A DNA stretch of 64,000 nucleotides from an uncultured Chloroflexia bacterium (lineage in GTDB: Bacteria; Chloroflexota; Limnocylindria; Limnocylindrales; CSP1-4), in assembly GCA_963746845.1 (NCBI GenBank), contig CAVVCZ010000005.1, forward strand, positions 160,001 through 224,000, read 5' to 3'. Both the position numbers and the translations under genes were made by a program. Numbering within the stretch: the stretch's first letter is position 1; every line of letters begins with the position of its first letter. Below are positions 1 to 9,572 of the stretch, piece by piece. Under the pieces are notes generated by a model, which saw nothing but the letters and a program-made list of their open reading frames with translations, ran no database searches and had not been told where the DNA came from.

Positions 1-535
1 CGGGCAGCCCGACAGGGGTCACGCCGTCCGCCTGGAGCGCGCCGTTCATGATCCCGTTCGGGAAGCTGAACTCCTGGTTCGGGCGCGGACAGGTCGTCGC
101 GTCCGCCGGGATGTAGGCGTCGATGTTGAACGGCGCGTTCGGGAAGTGGCTCGTGTAGGTGGTGGTGCTGCTGTCCGGGAACGTCACGGTCTCGGGGTTG
201 CAGACCTTCGAGAGCGTGTTGCCGGCGGCGTCGGTGTCGAGGTTGACGTCGAGCTGCTTGAGGCACGTGTAGGCCGCACCGTTCTGGGCGACCTGGGTGG
301 TGTGGGCCGGGTCGGCGTCCGCGAGCCCGACGAGATGCTGACCGTTGACGTCGCCCCACAGCCCGTACAGGTTGTCGAAGCTGTGGTTCTCCTCGTAGAT
401 GACCACGATGTGCTTGAACCGGTCGAGCGGCCCGTCGTCGTGCTTGGCGATCGCGGGGCCGGCCGCGGTCAGCGTCACGCACAACAGGGCCGAAGCGGCA
501 AGGACGGCGCGCAGCCGTCGGCTCACGTGCAACAC
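1..535 (-). CDS. Secreted phosphoesterase / acid phosphatase (AcpA/phospholipase C family), 3' end runs off the window
   Basis: Hand translation (not in ORF track): GTG at 535 behind GGAGGAGG, signal peptide, then KHIVVIYEENHSFDNLYG, the ENxSFD motif of the phosphoesterase family. Confidence 0.85.
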   Translation of the reverse strand, partial: MLHVSRRLRAVLAASALLCVTLTAAGPAIAKHDDGPLDRFKHIVVIYEENHSFDNLYGLWGDVNGQHLVGLADADPAHTTQVAQNGAAYTCLKQLDVNLDTDAAGNTLSKVCNPETVTFPDSSTTTYTSHFPNAPFNIDAYIPADATTCPRPNQEFSFPNGIMNGALQADGVTPVGLP

Positions 536-745
536 GGGATTCCTCCTCCGGGCACTTGAGTGGATGGCCCGACGATACGCCGGTCGCGCGATCCGCGAAT
601 CAACGCCGCATCAACACCCGGAGAACTCGTGTGACGGCGGTGCGGCGGCGCACCGGGGTCGTCAGGCGAGCGGTGTCAGGGCCGCCCACGAGCGCCCGCC
701 GCCCGACGTGACACCCGGATTCGGCGGTTCCCGTACGATCGGTCG

Positions 746-2062
746 ATGCCGCCGACGGCCGCACACTCCCTCTTCGCGCTGCGCGAGTTCAAGGCGCTCG
801 TCGGGGCCCGCGCCACGAATGCCCTCGCGGTCAGCGCGCTCGCGACGGTCGTCGCGTTCCAGACGTACGTCCTGACCCACGACCCGCTCGCGCTCGGCTG
901 GCTCGGGCTGGTCGAAGCCATCCCCGCCCTGTCGCTCGTCCTGTTCGGCGGCCACGTCGCGGACCGGCGCGAGCGACGGACGATCGTCGTCGTCACGAGC
1001 GCGCTGATCACGCTGTGCGCCCTCGCGCTCGCCGGCCTCGCCGCAATGGGCGCCACCCTGGTCGGCATCCTCGCGGTGATCTTCGCGACCGGCATCGCGA
1101 GCGGCTTCGAGCGCCCGGCCCTCACCGCCCTCGAGGCCCAGGTCGTCCCGCGCGAGGACGCCGCGCGGGGCGTGTCCGTCCTGAGCAGCGTGAGCCAGGG
1201 CGGCGCGATCCTCGGGCCGGCGGCGGGCGGGATCGCGATCGCCCTGATCGGAATCCCCGCGACGTACTCCGTGATCACGGTGCTGCTCGCGATCTCGACG
1301 GCCTGCCTGATGACGATCGGGCGCAAGCCGATCCCCGCCCCGGTCGCCGGCGAGCCGTTCGTCCAGAGCCTGCTCGGAGGGATCCGCTACGTCCGCCGCA
1401 CGCCCGCGCTCCTCGGGTCGATGGCGCTGGACCTGTTCGCGGTGTTCTTCGGCGGGGCCATCGCGCTGCTGCCGATCTACGCGACCGACATCCTCCACGT
1501 CGGGGCGGTCGGGTTGGGCGTGCTGCGGACCGCGCCGTCCGTCGGCGCGCTGCTCGTCATGCTCGTGGCCACCCACCGGCCGCCGAGCCGGCACGCCGGC
1601 CGGACGCTGCTCCTGTCTGTCGCCGGGTTCGGGGTCAGCATGATCATCTTCGGGGCGTCGACGGTCTTCGCGGTGTCGCTGATCGCGCTCTTCTTCTCCG
1701 GCGTCACCGACGGCGTGAGCATGATCATCCGGAACACGATCCTGCGGGTCCTGTCGCCGGAGCGGATCCGCGGCCGCGTCGCGTCCGTGAACTGGGTCTT
1801 CATCGGCGCGTCGAACGAGCTCGGGGCGTTCGAGAGCGGGTTCGCGGCGCGGCTGTTCGGGACCGTCCCGAGCGTCGTCGGCGGAGGGATCCTCACGCTG
1901 GTCGTCGTCAGCGCGACGGCGATGCTCGTCCCGTCACTCCGGCGCCTGGACCTCGACACCGCCGAGCCCGGCGACGACGGCCTCGGGCCGGTCGAGATCC
2001 CCGGGCTGATCCCGGACACGGCCGGGGCTCGACCGTCAGCGGGTCAGCTCGCCGAGGAGTGA
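746..2062 (+). CDS. MFS transporter (EntS / H+ antiporter-like)
   Basis: About 12 hydrophobic segments, motif A GGHVADRRERR, C-terminal RGRVASVNWVFIGASNELG; TACGAT-N6-ATG start. Confidence 0.9.
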   Translation: MPPTAAHSLFALREFKALVGARATNALAVSALATVVAFQTYVLTHDPLALGWLGLVEAIPALSLVLFGGHVADRRERRTIVVVTSALITLCALALAGLAAMGATLVGILAVIFATGIASGFERPALTALEAQVVPREDAARGVSVLSSVSQGGAILGPAAGGIAIALIGIPATYSVITVLLAISTACLMTIGRKPIPAPVAGEPFVQSLLGGIRYVRRTPALLGSMALDLFAVFFGGAIALLPIYATDILHVGAVGLGVLRTAPSVGALLVMLVATHRPPSRHAGRTLLLSVAGFGVSMIIFGASTVFAVSLIALFFSGVTDGVSMIIRNTILRVLSPERIRGRVASVNWVFIGASNELGAFESGFAARLFGTVPSVVGGGILTLVVVSATAMLVPSLRRLDLDTAEPGDDGLGPVEIPGLIPDTAGARPSAGQLAEE

Positions 2063-2248
2063 CGACCAGCCGTCGAGGTAGGCGTCGACGTCCTCGTCGG
2101 TCGTCGGAACGGAGCACACCGGGCCCGCCCCGACGATCGCCTCCCACACGCCGCGGTTCGCGAGCCAGACCCGGATCAGCCGGGTGAGCAGGTCGTCCTG
2201 GACGGCTCGCGCCTCCGCGGCAGTGCGGACCGGACCGGGCGTCCACGC
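2036..2248 (-). pseudogene. Start-less 3' remnant resembling the C-terminus of a class III (GSA-like) aminotransferase
   Basis: In frame directly after the SDR TGA: AWTPGPVRTAAEARAVQDDLLTRLIRVWLANRGVWEAIVGAGPVCSVPTTDEDVDAYLDGWSSLLGELTR*, coding-like codon usage. Confidence 0.55.
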
Positions 2249-2959
2249 TCACGCCCGGCCGTCCAGCGGGATCCGGGCGCCGTTGATCGCGGCGGCCTCG
2301 TCCGAGCAGAGGTAGCGCAGCGTCGCGACGATCTCCTCGGGGGTCGTCCAGTTGGCGTTCTTCGGGCTCGGCTCGCGCTCTCGCGCGTGCTCGGTGTCGA
2401 TCGCCCGGATCGCGACGACGTTGACCGTCACACCGGCCGCCGCCACCTCCCTGGCGAGGACGCGCAGGAGCGTCTCCTGGGCGGCCTTCGAGGTGGCGTA
2501 TGTCCCGGCCCGAGCCGGTGCTGTGGCCGTCGTGAACGACGTGATGGCGATCATCCGGCCCCAGCCCCGCTCGACCATGCCCGGGACCACGGCGCGGGCG
2601 ACGTTCAGGGTCGTCCAGACATGCTGGTCGAGCATGAACCGGAGATCGTCCGGCGACAGCTCCGTGATCGGCGCTCCGGGCACGAACCCGCCGACGAGAT
2701 GGAGGACGACGTCGACCCGGCCGAACCGCTCGGTGACGACGGCGACCGCCGCGGCGGCCTCGTCCGCGATCCGCAGATCCGCCTTCACGCCGACCCATCG
2801 GTCGTCCTCGATCCCGGCTTCGACGGCGACCGCCGCGAGACGGGTGGCATCCCGGCCGACGAGCCCGAGGCGGGCACCATCGGCGGCGAACGCCCGGGCG
2901 GCGACGCGGCCGACGGCGCCCGCCGCGCCGGCGATCAGGACGACGCGCTCCGCTGCCAT
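2249..2959 (-). CDS. SDR family oxidoreductase
   Basis: GAAGAVG Rossmann motif, YATSK catalytic motif, C-terminal GARIPLDG; TATCCT-N6-ATG start. Confidence 0.9.
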   Translation of the reverse strand: MAAERVVLIAGAAGAVGRVAARAFAADGARLGLVGRDATRLAAVAVEAGIEDDRWVGVKADLRIADEAAAAVAVVTERFGRVDVVLHLVGGFVPGAPITELSPDDLRFMLDQHVWTTLNVARAVVPGMVERGWGRMIAITSFTTATAPARAGTYATSKAAQETLLRVLAREVAAAGVTVNVVAIRAIDTEHAREREPSPKNANWTTPEEIVATLRYLCSDEAAAINGARIPLDGRA

Positions 2960-3020
2960 CGGCTCAGGATACGGGCGCAGCCTCCGAGCGCCCGGATCGG
3001 TCCGGCATGATGCACCGACG

Positions 3021-4544
3021 ATGCGACCCAGCCTGAGCGTCCTCGAGCCTGCCCTCATCGACCGGATCGTCGACGAGGCGAAGCGTGTGCTGTCCACCCA
3101 CGGGATGGAGATCCGCGGCGCGACGCTCCGTGAGCGGCTCGTGGCGGCGGGTCTGCCCCAGCGGCCGGACGGACGCGTCCTCTTCCCGCGTGACGTCGTC
3201 GAGGAGGCGATCCGGGTTGCGCCGGGCTCGTTCAAGCTCTACGGGCGCGGCGGCGACGAGCGCGCCGACCTTGGCGACGACCGGGTCCACTTCATCCCGG
3301 GCTCGTCCGGGCTCAAGGTCCTCGACCATCGGACCGGCGAGGCGCGTCTCGCGATGAGCCGGGACTTCGCCGAGTACATCCGCCTGGGCGATGGGCTGGC
3401 GTACATCCCGTACCTCGCGACGGCGTTCTCGACGTCCGACATCGAGCCCCAGGTGTCCGACGCCTGGCGGCTCTACCTGTGCCTGACGAACTCGACGAAG
3501 CCGGTCGTGTCGGGCGCGTTCACGGAGCACGGCGTGACGCGCATGGCCGAGATGATGGCGCTGTTCCGCGACGGCGCCGACGACCTCCGGGCCCGCCCGA
3601 TGTCGATCTTCACAATCACCGCGACCGGAAACTTCCGGTACAGCGAGGACTCGTGCCAGAACCTGATCGACTGCGTCGAAGCGGGCATCCCGGTCGAGAT
3701 CGTGCCGGTCACGCTCATGGGGCTGATCGCCCCGGTGACGCTGGTCGGCGCTACCGTCTTCCACACGATCGACGTCCTCGCCGGGATCACGATGGCCCAG
3801 GTGATCCAGCCGGGCGCGCCGGTCCTGTTCGGCGGCGCGCCGGCGACGTTCCACATGAAGATCGCGTCGTCGCCGATGGCGGCGATCGAGGCACTCCAGC
3901 TGGACGTCGCCTATGTCGAGGTCGCGAAGGCGCTCGGGCTGCCGACCCAGTCGTATATGGCGCTGTCGGACGCGAAGACGCTCGATGCGCAGGCCGGCGC
4001 GGAGACGTTCGGTTCGGCGCTCCTCGCCGCTCTCGCCGGCGTGAACTCCGTGTCCGGGCCCGGGATGCTCGACTTCCTGCTCGTCTTCTCGCTCCCCAAG
4101 CTCGTCTACGACGACGCGATGTGCGGGCAGGTCCTGCATTTCGTCCGGGAGGTCCGCGAGCTGGGCGATCTTCCCGTCAACGAGCTGATCGACCAGCTCA
4201 TGGCCGACCAGCATCTGATCATGGCGCCGCACACGACGGAGCATTGGCCGAAGGAGCTGTTCCTGCCCTCGACGCTGATCGACCGCGACAACCGCGAGGC
4301 CTGGACACGGGCCGGGGCGAAGGAGATCGACGAGCGGGCCCGCGACGAGGTCGAGCGGCGGCTGGGTTCGTATCGCCAGCTCGAGACGGACCCGGCGATC
4401 GACGCCGAGCTGCAGCGGATCCTCCGCTCAGGGCTGGTGGACCAGACGGAGCTGCCCCGCGTCGAGCCGGCTCCGGAGCCGGTCGCGTCGGAGGACGATG
4501 CAACCCCCCGGCGACGGGTGAACCGGCGGCGCGGCCCGGGCTGA
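3021..4544 (+). CDS. mttB: Trimethylamine methyltransferase MttB family protein (non-pyrrolysine)
   Basis: [30 protein letters not shown] motifs; no in-frame TAG. Confidence 0.85.
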   Translation: MRPSLSVLEPALIDRIVDEAKRVLSTHGMEIRGATLRERLVAAGLPQRPDGRVLFPRDVVEEAIRVAPGSFKLYGRGGDERADLGDDRVHFIPGSSGLKVLDHRTGEARLAMSRDFAEYIRLGDGLAYIPYLATAFSTSDIEPQVSDAWRLYLCLTNSTKPVVSGAFTEHGVTRMAEMMALFRDGADDLRARPMSIFTITATGNFRYSEDSCQNLIDCVEAGIPVEIVPVTLMGLIAPVTLVGATVFHTIDVLAGITMAQVIQPGAPVLFGGAPATFHMKIASSPMAAIEALQLDVAYVEVAKALGLPTQSYMALSDAKTLDAQAGAETFGSALLAALAGVNSVSGPGMLDFLLVFSLPKLVYDDAMCGQVLHFVREVRELGDLPVNELIDQLMADQHLIMAPHTTEHWPKELFLPSTLIDRDNREAWTRAGAKEIDERARDEVERRLGSYRQLETDPAIDAELQRILRSGLVDQTELPRVEPAPEPVASEDDATPRRRVNRRRGPG

Positions 4545-4624
4545 GCGCAGCTCACGGCATGGAGCCAGCCCGCGCCGGCTCCGCCGCCCTCGCCGGCCCC
4601 GCCGTCCTCGCCGGCGCGTTCGGA

Positions 4625-4784
4625 TATTCCGAGTAGGCGTATCAGACCGGACTCTGCGCAGGATGTCCACGATCCACGCCTTCAGCTGATCATCGGCGCG
4701 ACCGGGCCGCCGAATCCGGCCCGATCAACACGAATCCCGAGGGATCCCGTCCTCCACCGCGGTCGAATACGCCTTCTTGGATTA
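4625..4784. repeat. 160-bp element bounded by 25-bp imperfect inverted repeats (MITE-like or structured RNA)
   Basis: 4625-4649 TATTCCGAGTAGGCGTATCAGACCG vs reverse complement of 4760-4784 TAATCCAAGAAGGCGTATTCGACCG, 20/25 identical; internal hairpins. Confidence 0.5.
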
Positions 4785-4801
4785 CGAGGCGCTTGAAGGG
4801 T

Positions 4802-5899
4802 TCAGGCCATCTTCACCGTCAGCTCCACCGGCAGGCCGTGGAACCGCCCGAACGCCGCGGCCTCCGCCTCGAGCGCGGTCGTCTCGTCCAGGTTCAAGGG
4901 GATCAGCAGCATCACCGTGACGCCGACACCCTTCGGCCCGAAGGCCCGGCGCCAGCCGCCGACGACGAATCCATCTCGGACGACGATGTGCACCCCGAGC
5001 ACGTCGGCGACGTTCCGGGCCTTCGGAAGGGCCGGATCGAAGATCGGGGCGTAGTCGGCGTAGGAGCCGAGGTACTCGTCGTAGTTCGAGAGGAGCCGCA
5101 CGAACGGCTCCGGGATCGGCGGGGGATCAAACGCCCCGGCCGCCGCCCAGTACGCCTTCCCGTCCACGGTGCGGCCTTCGAGCGCGCCGCCCGCGAGCTC
5201 GATCCCGCGCCGGACGTCGGTCACGGTCAGCCCCGACCACCACGCCATGTCGTGGGCGAGCGCCGGGCCGTGGCTCGTGAAGTAGCGGATGGTCAGCTCG
5301 CGGAGCGAATCCTCGGGCGTCCGGGGCACCGCCGGGGGAATCCGGTCCCGGACGAGCTGGTAGGTGAACTGCTTCCCCCGGCGTGGCCCGCTGCAGATCA
5401 GTGCGTCGAGCTCCGCGTTCATCAGCACGTGGCCGAGGGTGTTCGGGTCCACGAACGGGACGTCCGCGGCGACGAGGGCCGCGCGGAGCTCGTCGCGCGT
5501 CCGCGCGTGACCGTCCGCGAGCGCGTCCTCGATGACGCCGATCGTTCGCTCGAAGCCCGCGCGATCGAGCCCGAGACGACGCTGGCCCACGAGATCGTTG
5601 GCCCGCCGCACGCGCGGCCCGACGAGCGCCTCGATCCAGCGGAGCTCGTCGGGTGCGAGGAAGTGCCACGTTGGGCGGGGACCGTGCGTCCGGACGATCC
5701 GCCCGTCGTCGAGGGCGGCCGCGACGTCGGCGATCGTGGTTTCCCGGGCCATCCTTCGGGCCACCGCCCAGAGGGCGCCCGGCACGTCCTGGGCCTGGAC
5801 CGCCCCGGACCAGCGGACGACGTCCTGCGCGCTCGTGAACCCCGGCCCGGTCAACCGGCTGTTCCGGAGCCGGGCGTGGGCGATCGCGCGGTTCGTCAC
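4802..5899 (-). CDS. AlkZ/YcaQ-family (HTH_42) DNA crosslink glycosylase-like winged-helix protein
   Basis: AVQAQD (QxQ) motif, RTHGPRPTWH, RYFTSHGPA, LLSNYDEY. Confidence 0.85.
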   Translation of the reverse strand: MTNRAIAHARLRNSRLTGPGFTSAQDVVRWSGAVQAQDVPGALWAVARRMARETTIADVAAALDDGRIVRTHGPRPTWHFLAPDELRWIEALVGPRVRRANDLVGQRRLGLDRAGFERTIGVIEDALADGHARTRDELRAALVAADVPFVDPNTLGHVLMNAELDALICSGPRRGKQFTYQLVRDRIPPAVPRTPEDSLRELTIRYFTSHGPALAHDMAWWSGLTVTDVRRGIELAGGALEGRTVDGKAYWAAAGAFDPPPIPEPFVRLLSNYDEYLGSYADYAPIFDPALPKARNVADVLGVHIVVRDGFVVGGWRRAFGPKGVGVTVMLLIPLNLDETTALEAEAAAFGRFHGLPVELTVKMA

Positions 5900-5953
5900 C
5901 CCCGGAGTCTATGGAACGAACCGGTCCGGTCCTGACATGCATACGATGACGTC

Positions 5954-6465
5954 GTGAGTCGCGCGCCCGCCGGTTGGGATGTCGACAGCCCGGTCCAGGC
6001 CGAGGTCTTCGTCGTCTGGCTCGACGACGGCCGGATCCTGCTCACCGGGCCGGACGGACCGCAACCGTGGATCCTCCAGCTCGGCCCGACGGAGCACCCG
6101 GTCGAGGTCGTCGACCGCATCGTCCGCGACGTCGTCGGGCCGCCGATCCTCGTCCACTCCACGTCGTGGCGGCGGAGGCGACGTCGTGGGACGACCGCGA
6201 TGCCGTCATCCTGAGCTTCGTGGTGGTGATCGGACGGGAGCTGGTCGACGGGATGACGAGCATCGAGATCGAGCGAGCCGAGCTGGCGCGATCGACCGCG
6301 ACCGCCGCGCCGGCGGACATCGCGACGAGCGCGGTCGTCGAGCACGGGCTCCGCCACCTGGCGTGGCTCGTCCAGGACGACCCCGTCGTCGCCGCGGAGC
6401 TGCCCGCGCCGTGGCATCCCCTGCTCGCGGCCTACGTCCCCGAGCCGTTCCGCAATCTGGGCTGA
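5954..6465 (+). pseudogene. Conserved hypothetical (possibly Nudix-like) protein split by a frameshifting insertion near 6175-6192
   Basis: ORF 5954 (to HSTSWRR) continues in ORF 5974 (DRDAVILSFVVVIG...VPEPFRNLG); about 17 extra nt duplicate ACGTCGTGG. Confidence 0.6.
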
Positions 6466-6477
6466 GGAGCACACACG

Positions 6478-6669
6478 ATGGCCGACGAACCCCAGTACAC
6501 GAACGCCTGCGCCTGCGGCTGGACGGTGACCGGGAGCGAGGACGAGGTCGTCGACGCGACGATCGACCACGGTCGCCGGATCCACAACATGGAGGCGCCC
6601 CGAGATCAGGTCCTCGCGGCCCTCCACGCACCGGCGTCCGCCGAGCGCGACGACCGGCAGAGCGCATGA
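6478..6669 (+). CDS. DUF1059-like small metal-binding protein
   Basis: CACGW...EDEVV...HGRRIH pattern; GAGGAG RBS. Confidence 0.7.
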   Translation: MADEPQYTNACACGWTVTGSEDEVVDATIDHGRRIHNMEAPRDQVLAALHAPASAERDDRQSA

Positions 6670-6679
6670 CCCCCGCCGC

Positions 6680-7483
6680 GTGACGAAGCGCGCCGTCACC
6701 TACGGCTCTTACCTCGGTCTGGAGCAGCTGCTGTCCGCGCAGCGTCCGCTGTCGGTCGCGGATGACGGCCGGCCCGAGCACGACGAGCTCCTGTTCATCG
6801 TCATCCACCAGGTCTACGAGCTCTGGTTCAAGCAGCTCCTCCACGAGCTCGCCGAGGTCCAGCGGACGCTCGAGGCGGGCGACACGGACCGGACCCTCCA
6901 CCTGCTGAACCGCGTCCTGAAGATCCTCAAGACGCTTGTCGCCCAGATCGACGTGCTCGAGACGATGACCCCGCTCCAGTTCACGTCCTTCCGCGACCGG
7001 CTCGACTCCGCGTCCGGGTTCCAGTCGGCGCAGTTCCGCGAGATCGAGGCGGTCCTGGGCCGGCGCGACGCCTCGGCGCCCGCGGCGCACCCCGCGGGGT
7101 CGGACGGCCGCGCCCGGATCACCGCGGCACAGGCCCGGCGATCCGTGTGGGGCTCGTTCCTCCAGTATCTCGCCGCGCGCGGCCACGCTCTGGCGGAGAG
7201 CGCCCTCGCGCGCGACGTGGCATTGCCGCCGGAGCCCGATGCCGCCGTCCAGGACGTCCTCGTCGCCGTCTACCGCAGTGACGCGGACGCGGCGCTCGTC
7301 GCCGAGCGGCTCGTCGACCTCGACGAGGGCTTCCAGGAGTGGCGCTACCGCCACGTGAAGATGGTCGAGCGGACGATCGGGATGAAACGCGGGACCGGCG
7401 GTTCCGCCGGCGTCGAGTACCTTCGAACGACACTCTTCCAACCCGTCTTCCCCGACCTGTGGGAGATCCGGAGTCGCCTGTGA
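6680..7483 (+). CDS. kynA: Tryptophan 2,3-dioxygenase
   Basis: HDELLFIVIHQVYELWF, SASGFQS, WRYRHVKMVERTIG, GTGGS loop, FPDLW. Confidence 0.95.
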   Translation: MTKRAVTYGSYLGLEQLLSAQRPLSVADDGRPEHDELLFIVIHQVYELWFKQLLHELAEVQRTLEAGDTDRTLHLLNRVLKILKTLVAQIDVLETMTPLQFTSFRDRLDSASGFQSAQFREIEAVLGRRDASAPAAHPAGSDGRARITAAQARRSVWGSFLQYLAARGHALAESALARDVALPPEPDAAVQDVLVAVYRSDADAALVAERLVDLDEGFQEWRYRHVKMVERTIGMKRGTGGSAGVEYLRTTLFQPVFPDLWEIRSRL

Positions 7484-7770
7484 CCGAGCCGAACGCCACC
7501 CGCCCACCCCAGCCGACCCCGGCCGAGCTGTTCGACCGGTTCCTCCCGTTCGTCGCGGTCGGGGCGATGATCGTCTCGTTCCTGATCATGCCGCAGCCGT
7601 TCGCGATCGCCCTGATCGGGGGGATCTGGCTCGTGGCGACGCGAATCTCCCGGAACCGGAAGTTCCTCGGGCTGACGCTCACGGAGGCCCTGGCCTGGTC
7701 GGCCACGATCGTGATCGGGTTCCTGGGCCTCGCGCTGATCCTCTATTCGCTCGGCGCGCGGATCACCTGA
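7480..7770 (+). CDS. Small membrane protein
   Basis: GTGA overlap with kynA stop; three hydrophobic segments. Confidence 0.65.
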   Translation: MTEPNATRPPQPTPAELFDRFLPFVAVGAMIVSFLIMPQPFAIALIGGIWLVATRISRNRKFLGLTLTEALAWSATIVIGFLGLALILYSLGARIT

Positions 7771-7800
7771 GCGGCGAGCGACCCACCCGGATCGCTCGCG

Positions 7801-8220
7801 TCAGTGGTGCTGGCTCGAGGACCGCTGGACCATCTGGGCGAGCTGCTCGAGGAGGCTCCAGGCGACCTCGGCATCGCCCTGCACGAAGGCGCGGAAGTCC
7901 CACAGGGTCATGACGTAGGTCGTCAGGTCGGTCTCCGCGGTCACCGTCGCGGTGCGGACGCGGTCGGCGATCAGGGCGACGGCACCGAAATGGCTGCCGG
8001 GACCGAGCTTGGCCACCTCCGCGCCGTCGACCGAGACGGACGCGGTGCCGTCCGCGATGACGAAGAACCCGATCCCGCGATCGTCGCCCTGGCGGACGAC
8101 CACGGCGCCGGCGGGGAAGGTCCGTTCGGAGAAGTCCTTGGCGAGCTTCTCGAGGTGCTTCCGATCGAGGCTCGCGAGCATGGGGACCTGGGCAAGGGCA
8201 TCAACCACGTTCGTCGACAT
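7801..8220 (-). CDS. Stand-alone cyclic nucleotide-binding domain protein
   Basis: VVRQGD, FFVIADG, LGPGSHFGAVAL, RTATVTA. Confidence 0.9.
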   Translation of the reverse strand: MSTNVVDALAQVPMLASLDRKHLEKLAKDFSERTFPAGAVVVRQGDDRGIGFFVIADGTASVSVDGAEVAKLGPGSHFGAVALIADRVRTATVTAETDLTTYVMTLWDFRAFVQGDAEVAWSLLEQLAQMVQRSSSQHH

Positions 8221-8303
8221 GCGCGGGATGCTCGGCATCGGGGGCGGGTCTGTCAATGGCGAGTTTCAGCGCCGGCCGCGAATCCGCGCGCGATACTGAG
8301 CAC

Positions 8304-8540
8304 ATGTCCCCGACCGCTGATCCGGTTCCCCACGCCGAGCTGTACGACAACGGCACCATCAAGCTCCGCGGCTCGCACCTGGACGGCGAGATGCACGGCG
8401 ACTGGGAGTTCTTCCGACGGGACGGCTCGCTGATGCGATCAGGCTCGTTCGATCGCGGGCGACAGGTAGGCGTGTGGAAGACGTACGACCGAACCGGGTC
8501 CGTCGTGAAGGCGACCGACTTCGGAGGCGGATCCGGCTAG
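8304..8540 (+). CDS. Small MORN-variant repeat (YwqK-like) protein
   Basis: YDNGTIK..G...DGEMHGDWEFFRRDG...G.F..GRQVGVWKTY. Confidence 0.75.
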   Translation: MSPTADPVPHAELYDNGTIKLRGSHLDGEMHGDWEFFRRDGSLMRSGSFDRGRQVGVWKTYDRTGSVVKATDFGGGSG

Positions 8541-9124
8541 GCCGGGAACGGCTCGCTCGCGAGCCACCGCCCGCCGTCGCCGGGGACGAGAACCCGGTGG
8601 CGGCCGGTGGCGAGGTCCCATTCGTTCCTCGTGAACCGGGTCTGGTCGTCACCCAGGAGGATCAGGACGTGGGCGGGCGTCCCACGTCCGACGAGATGGC
8701 CGTGGTCGTGGACGTCGTCCGGCGGAAGCATCGTCGCGATCTCGGCGCCCGCGAGGGCCCGATCCTCGGCGAGCTCGACGCGGGGCGCCGATCCGTCTTC
8801 GCGAACGACCCGCCAGCGGCGATGCGTCTCGAGGCCGACGATCGGGCTGACCGCGACCCACGTCCCGTGATCGTGGACCGCGCTCATCTGGCCCTCCCGC
8901 CGGTGGACGATCATCAGCCGCGGGCCGCGCTCCGGGGCGTGGATCGGCAGGGCCCCGGCCGTGTCGCCGAGCCGCTCGACCCACGACGACAGGTAGTCGG
9001 TGTCGGCCGCGAAGGCGCCGAGCGCGACCCCGATCGCCTCGAGATCCGGGGTGGCGGACCGCGCCGGCGCGGCGATCCGCTCGAACAGGTTGCGGACGGG
9101 ACCGTCCAGGATCGCGACGGACAT
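8537..9124 (-). CDS. Cysteine dioxygenase-like cupin (thiol dioxygenase family)
   Basis: SAVHDHGTW and PPDDVH metal-binding histidines. Confidence 0.75.
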   Translation of the reverse strand: MSVAILDGPVRNLFERIAAPARSATPDLEAIGVALGAFAADTDYLSSWVERLGDTAGALPIHAPERGPRLMIVHRREGQMSAVHDHGTWVAVSPIVGLETHRRWRVVREDGSAPRVELAEDRALAGAEIATMLPPDDVHDHGHLVGRGTPAHVLILLGDDQTRFTRNEWDLATGRHRVLVPGDGGRWLASEPFPA

Positions 9125-9560
9125 CAGACGCGCTCGACCCAGGCGCTCCGCCACGCGGGCGCCTCGAGCGGTGGGGCGAAGTACCACGTCTCGCGATGGA
9201 TCCTGCCGTCGCGGAGCCCGATGAGGGCGACCGCGAACCACGCGGAGCCATCCGGGTAGGTCGCCGTCCCGTCCGCCCACCACGTGTCGCCGCTCCCGAC
9301 GATCCGCTCGATCGTGAACGACGGCGTCATGACGTAACGATCCTCACTGCCGACGAGTCGAATGTCCCCGGCCTCGGGCAATCCCCCGGGCCAGCTGTCC
9401 ATGATCGCTCCATCGTTCGCATGGCCCCGGACCCGCTCGCCGGACTGCGGCCAGTCCTCGATCCAGTCGGCGTGTCGAAGGGTTCCGACGGTGTCGTAGT
9501 CGTGCGCCGGTGGGCGTCGAGATACCGGCGGAGGATCTCCTCGTTCGAGGGTGTCGTCAT
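9124..9560 (-). CDS. SnoaL/NTF2-like protein with a 1-nt frameshift near 9505
   Basis: MTTPSNEEILRRYLDAHR joins HDYDTVGTLRHADWIEDWPQSGERVRG...DGRIHRETWYF in the next frame. Confidence 0.75.
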
Positions 9561-9572
9561 GCGCTGCCCTCC

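Noticed and set aside
8304-8540. YwqK-like protein as part of a toxin-antitoxin module
   Set aside because: No adjacent toxin; stand-alone MORN-variant proteins are common
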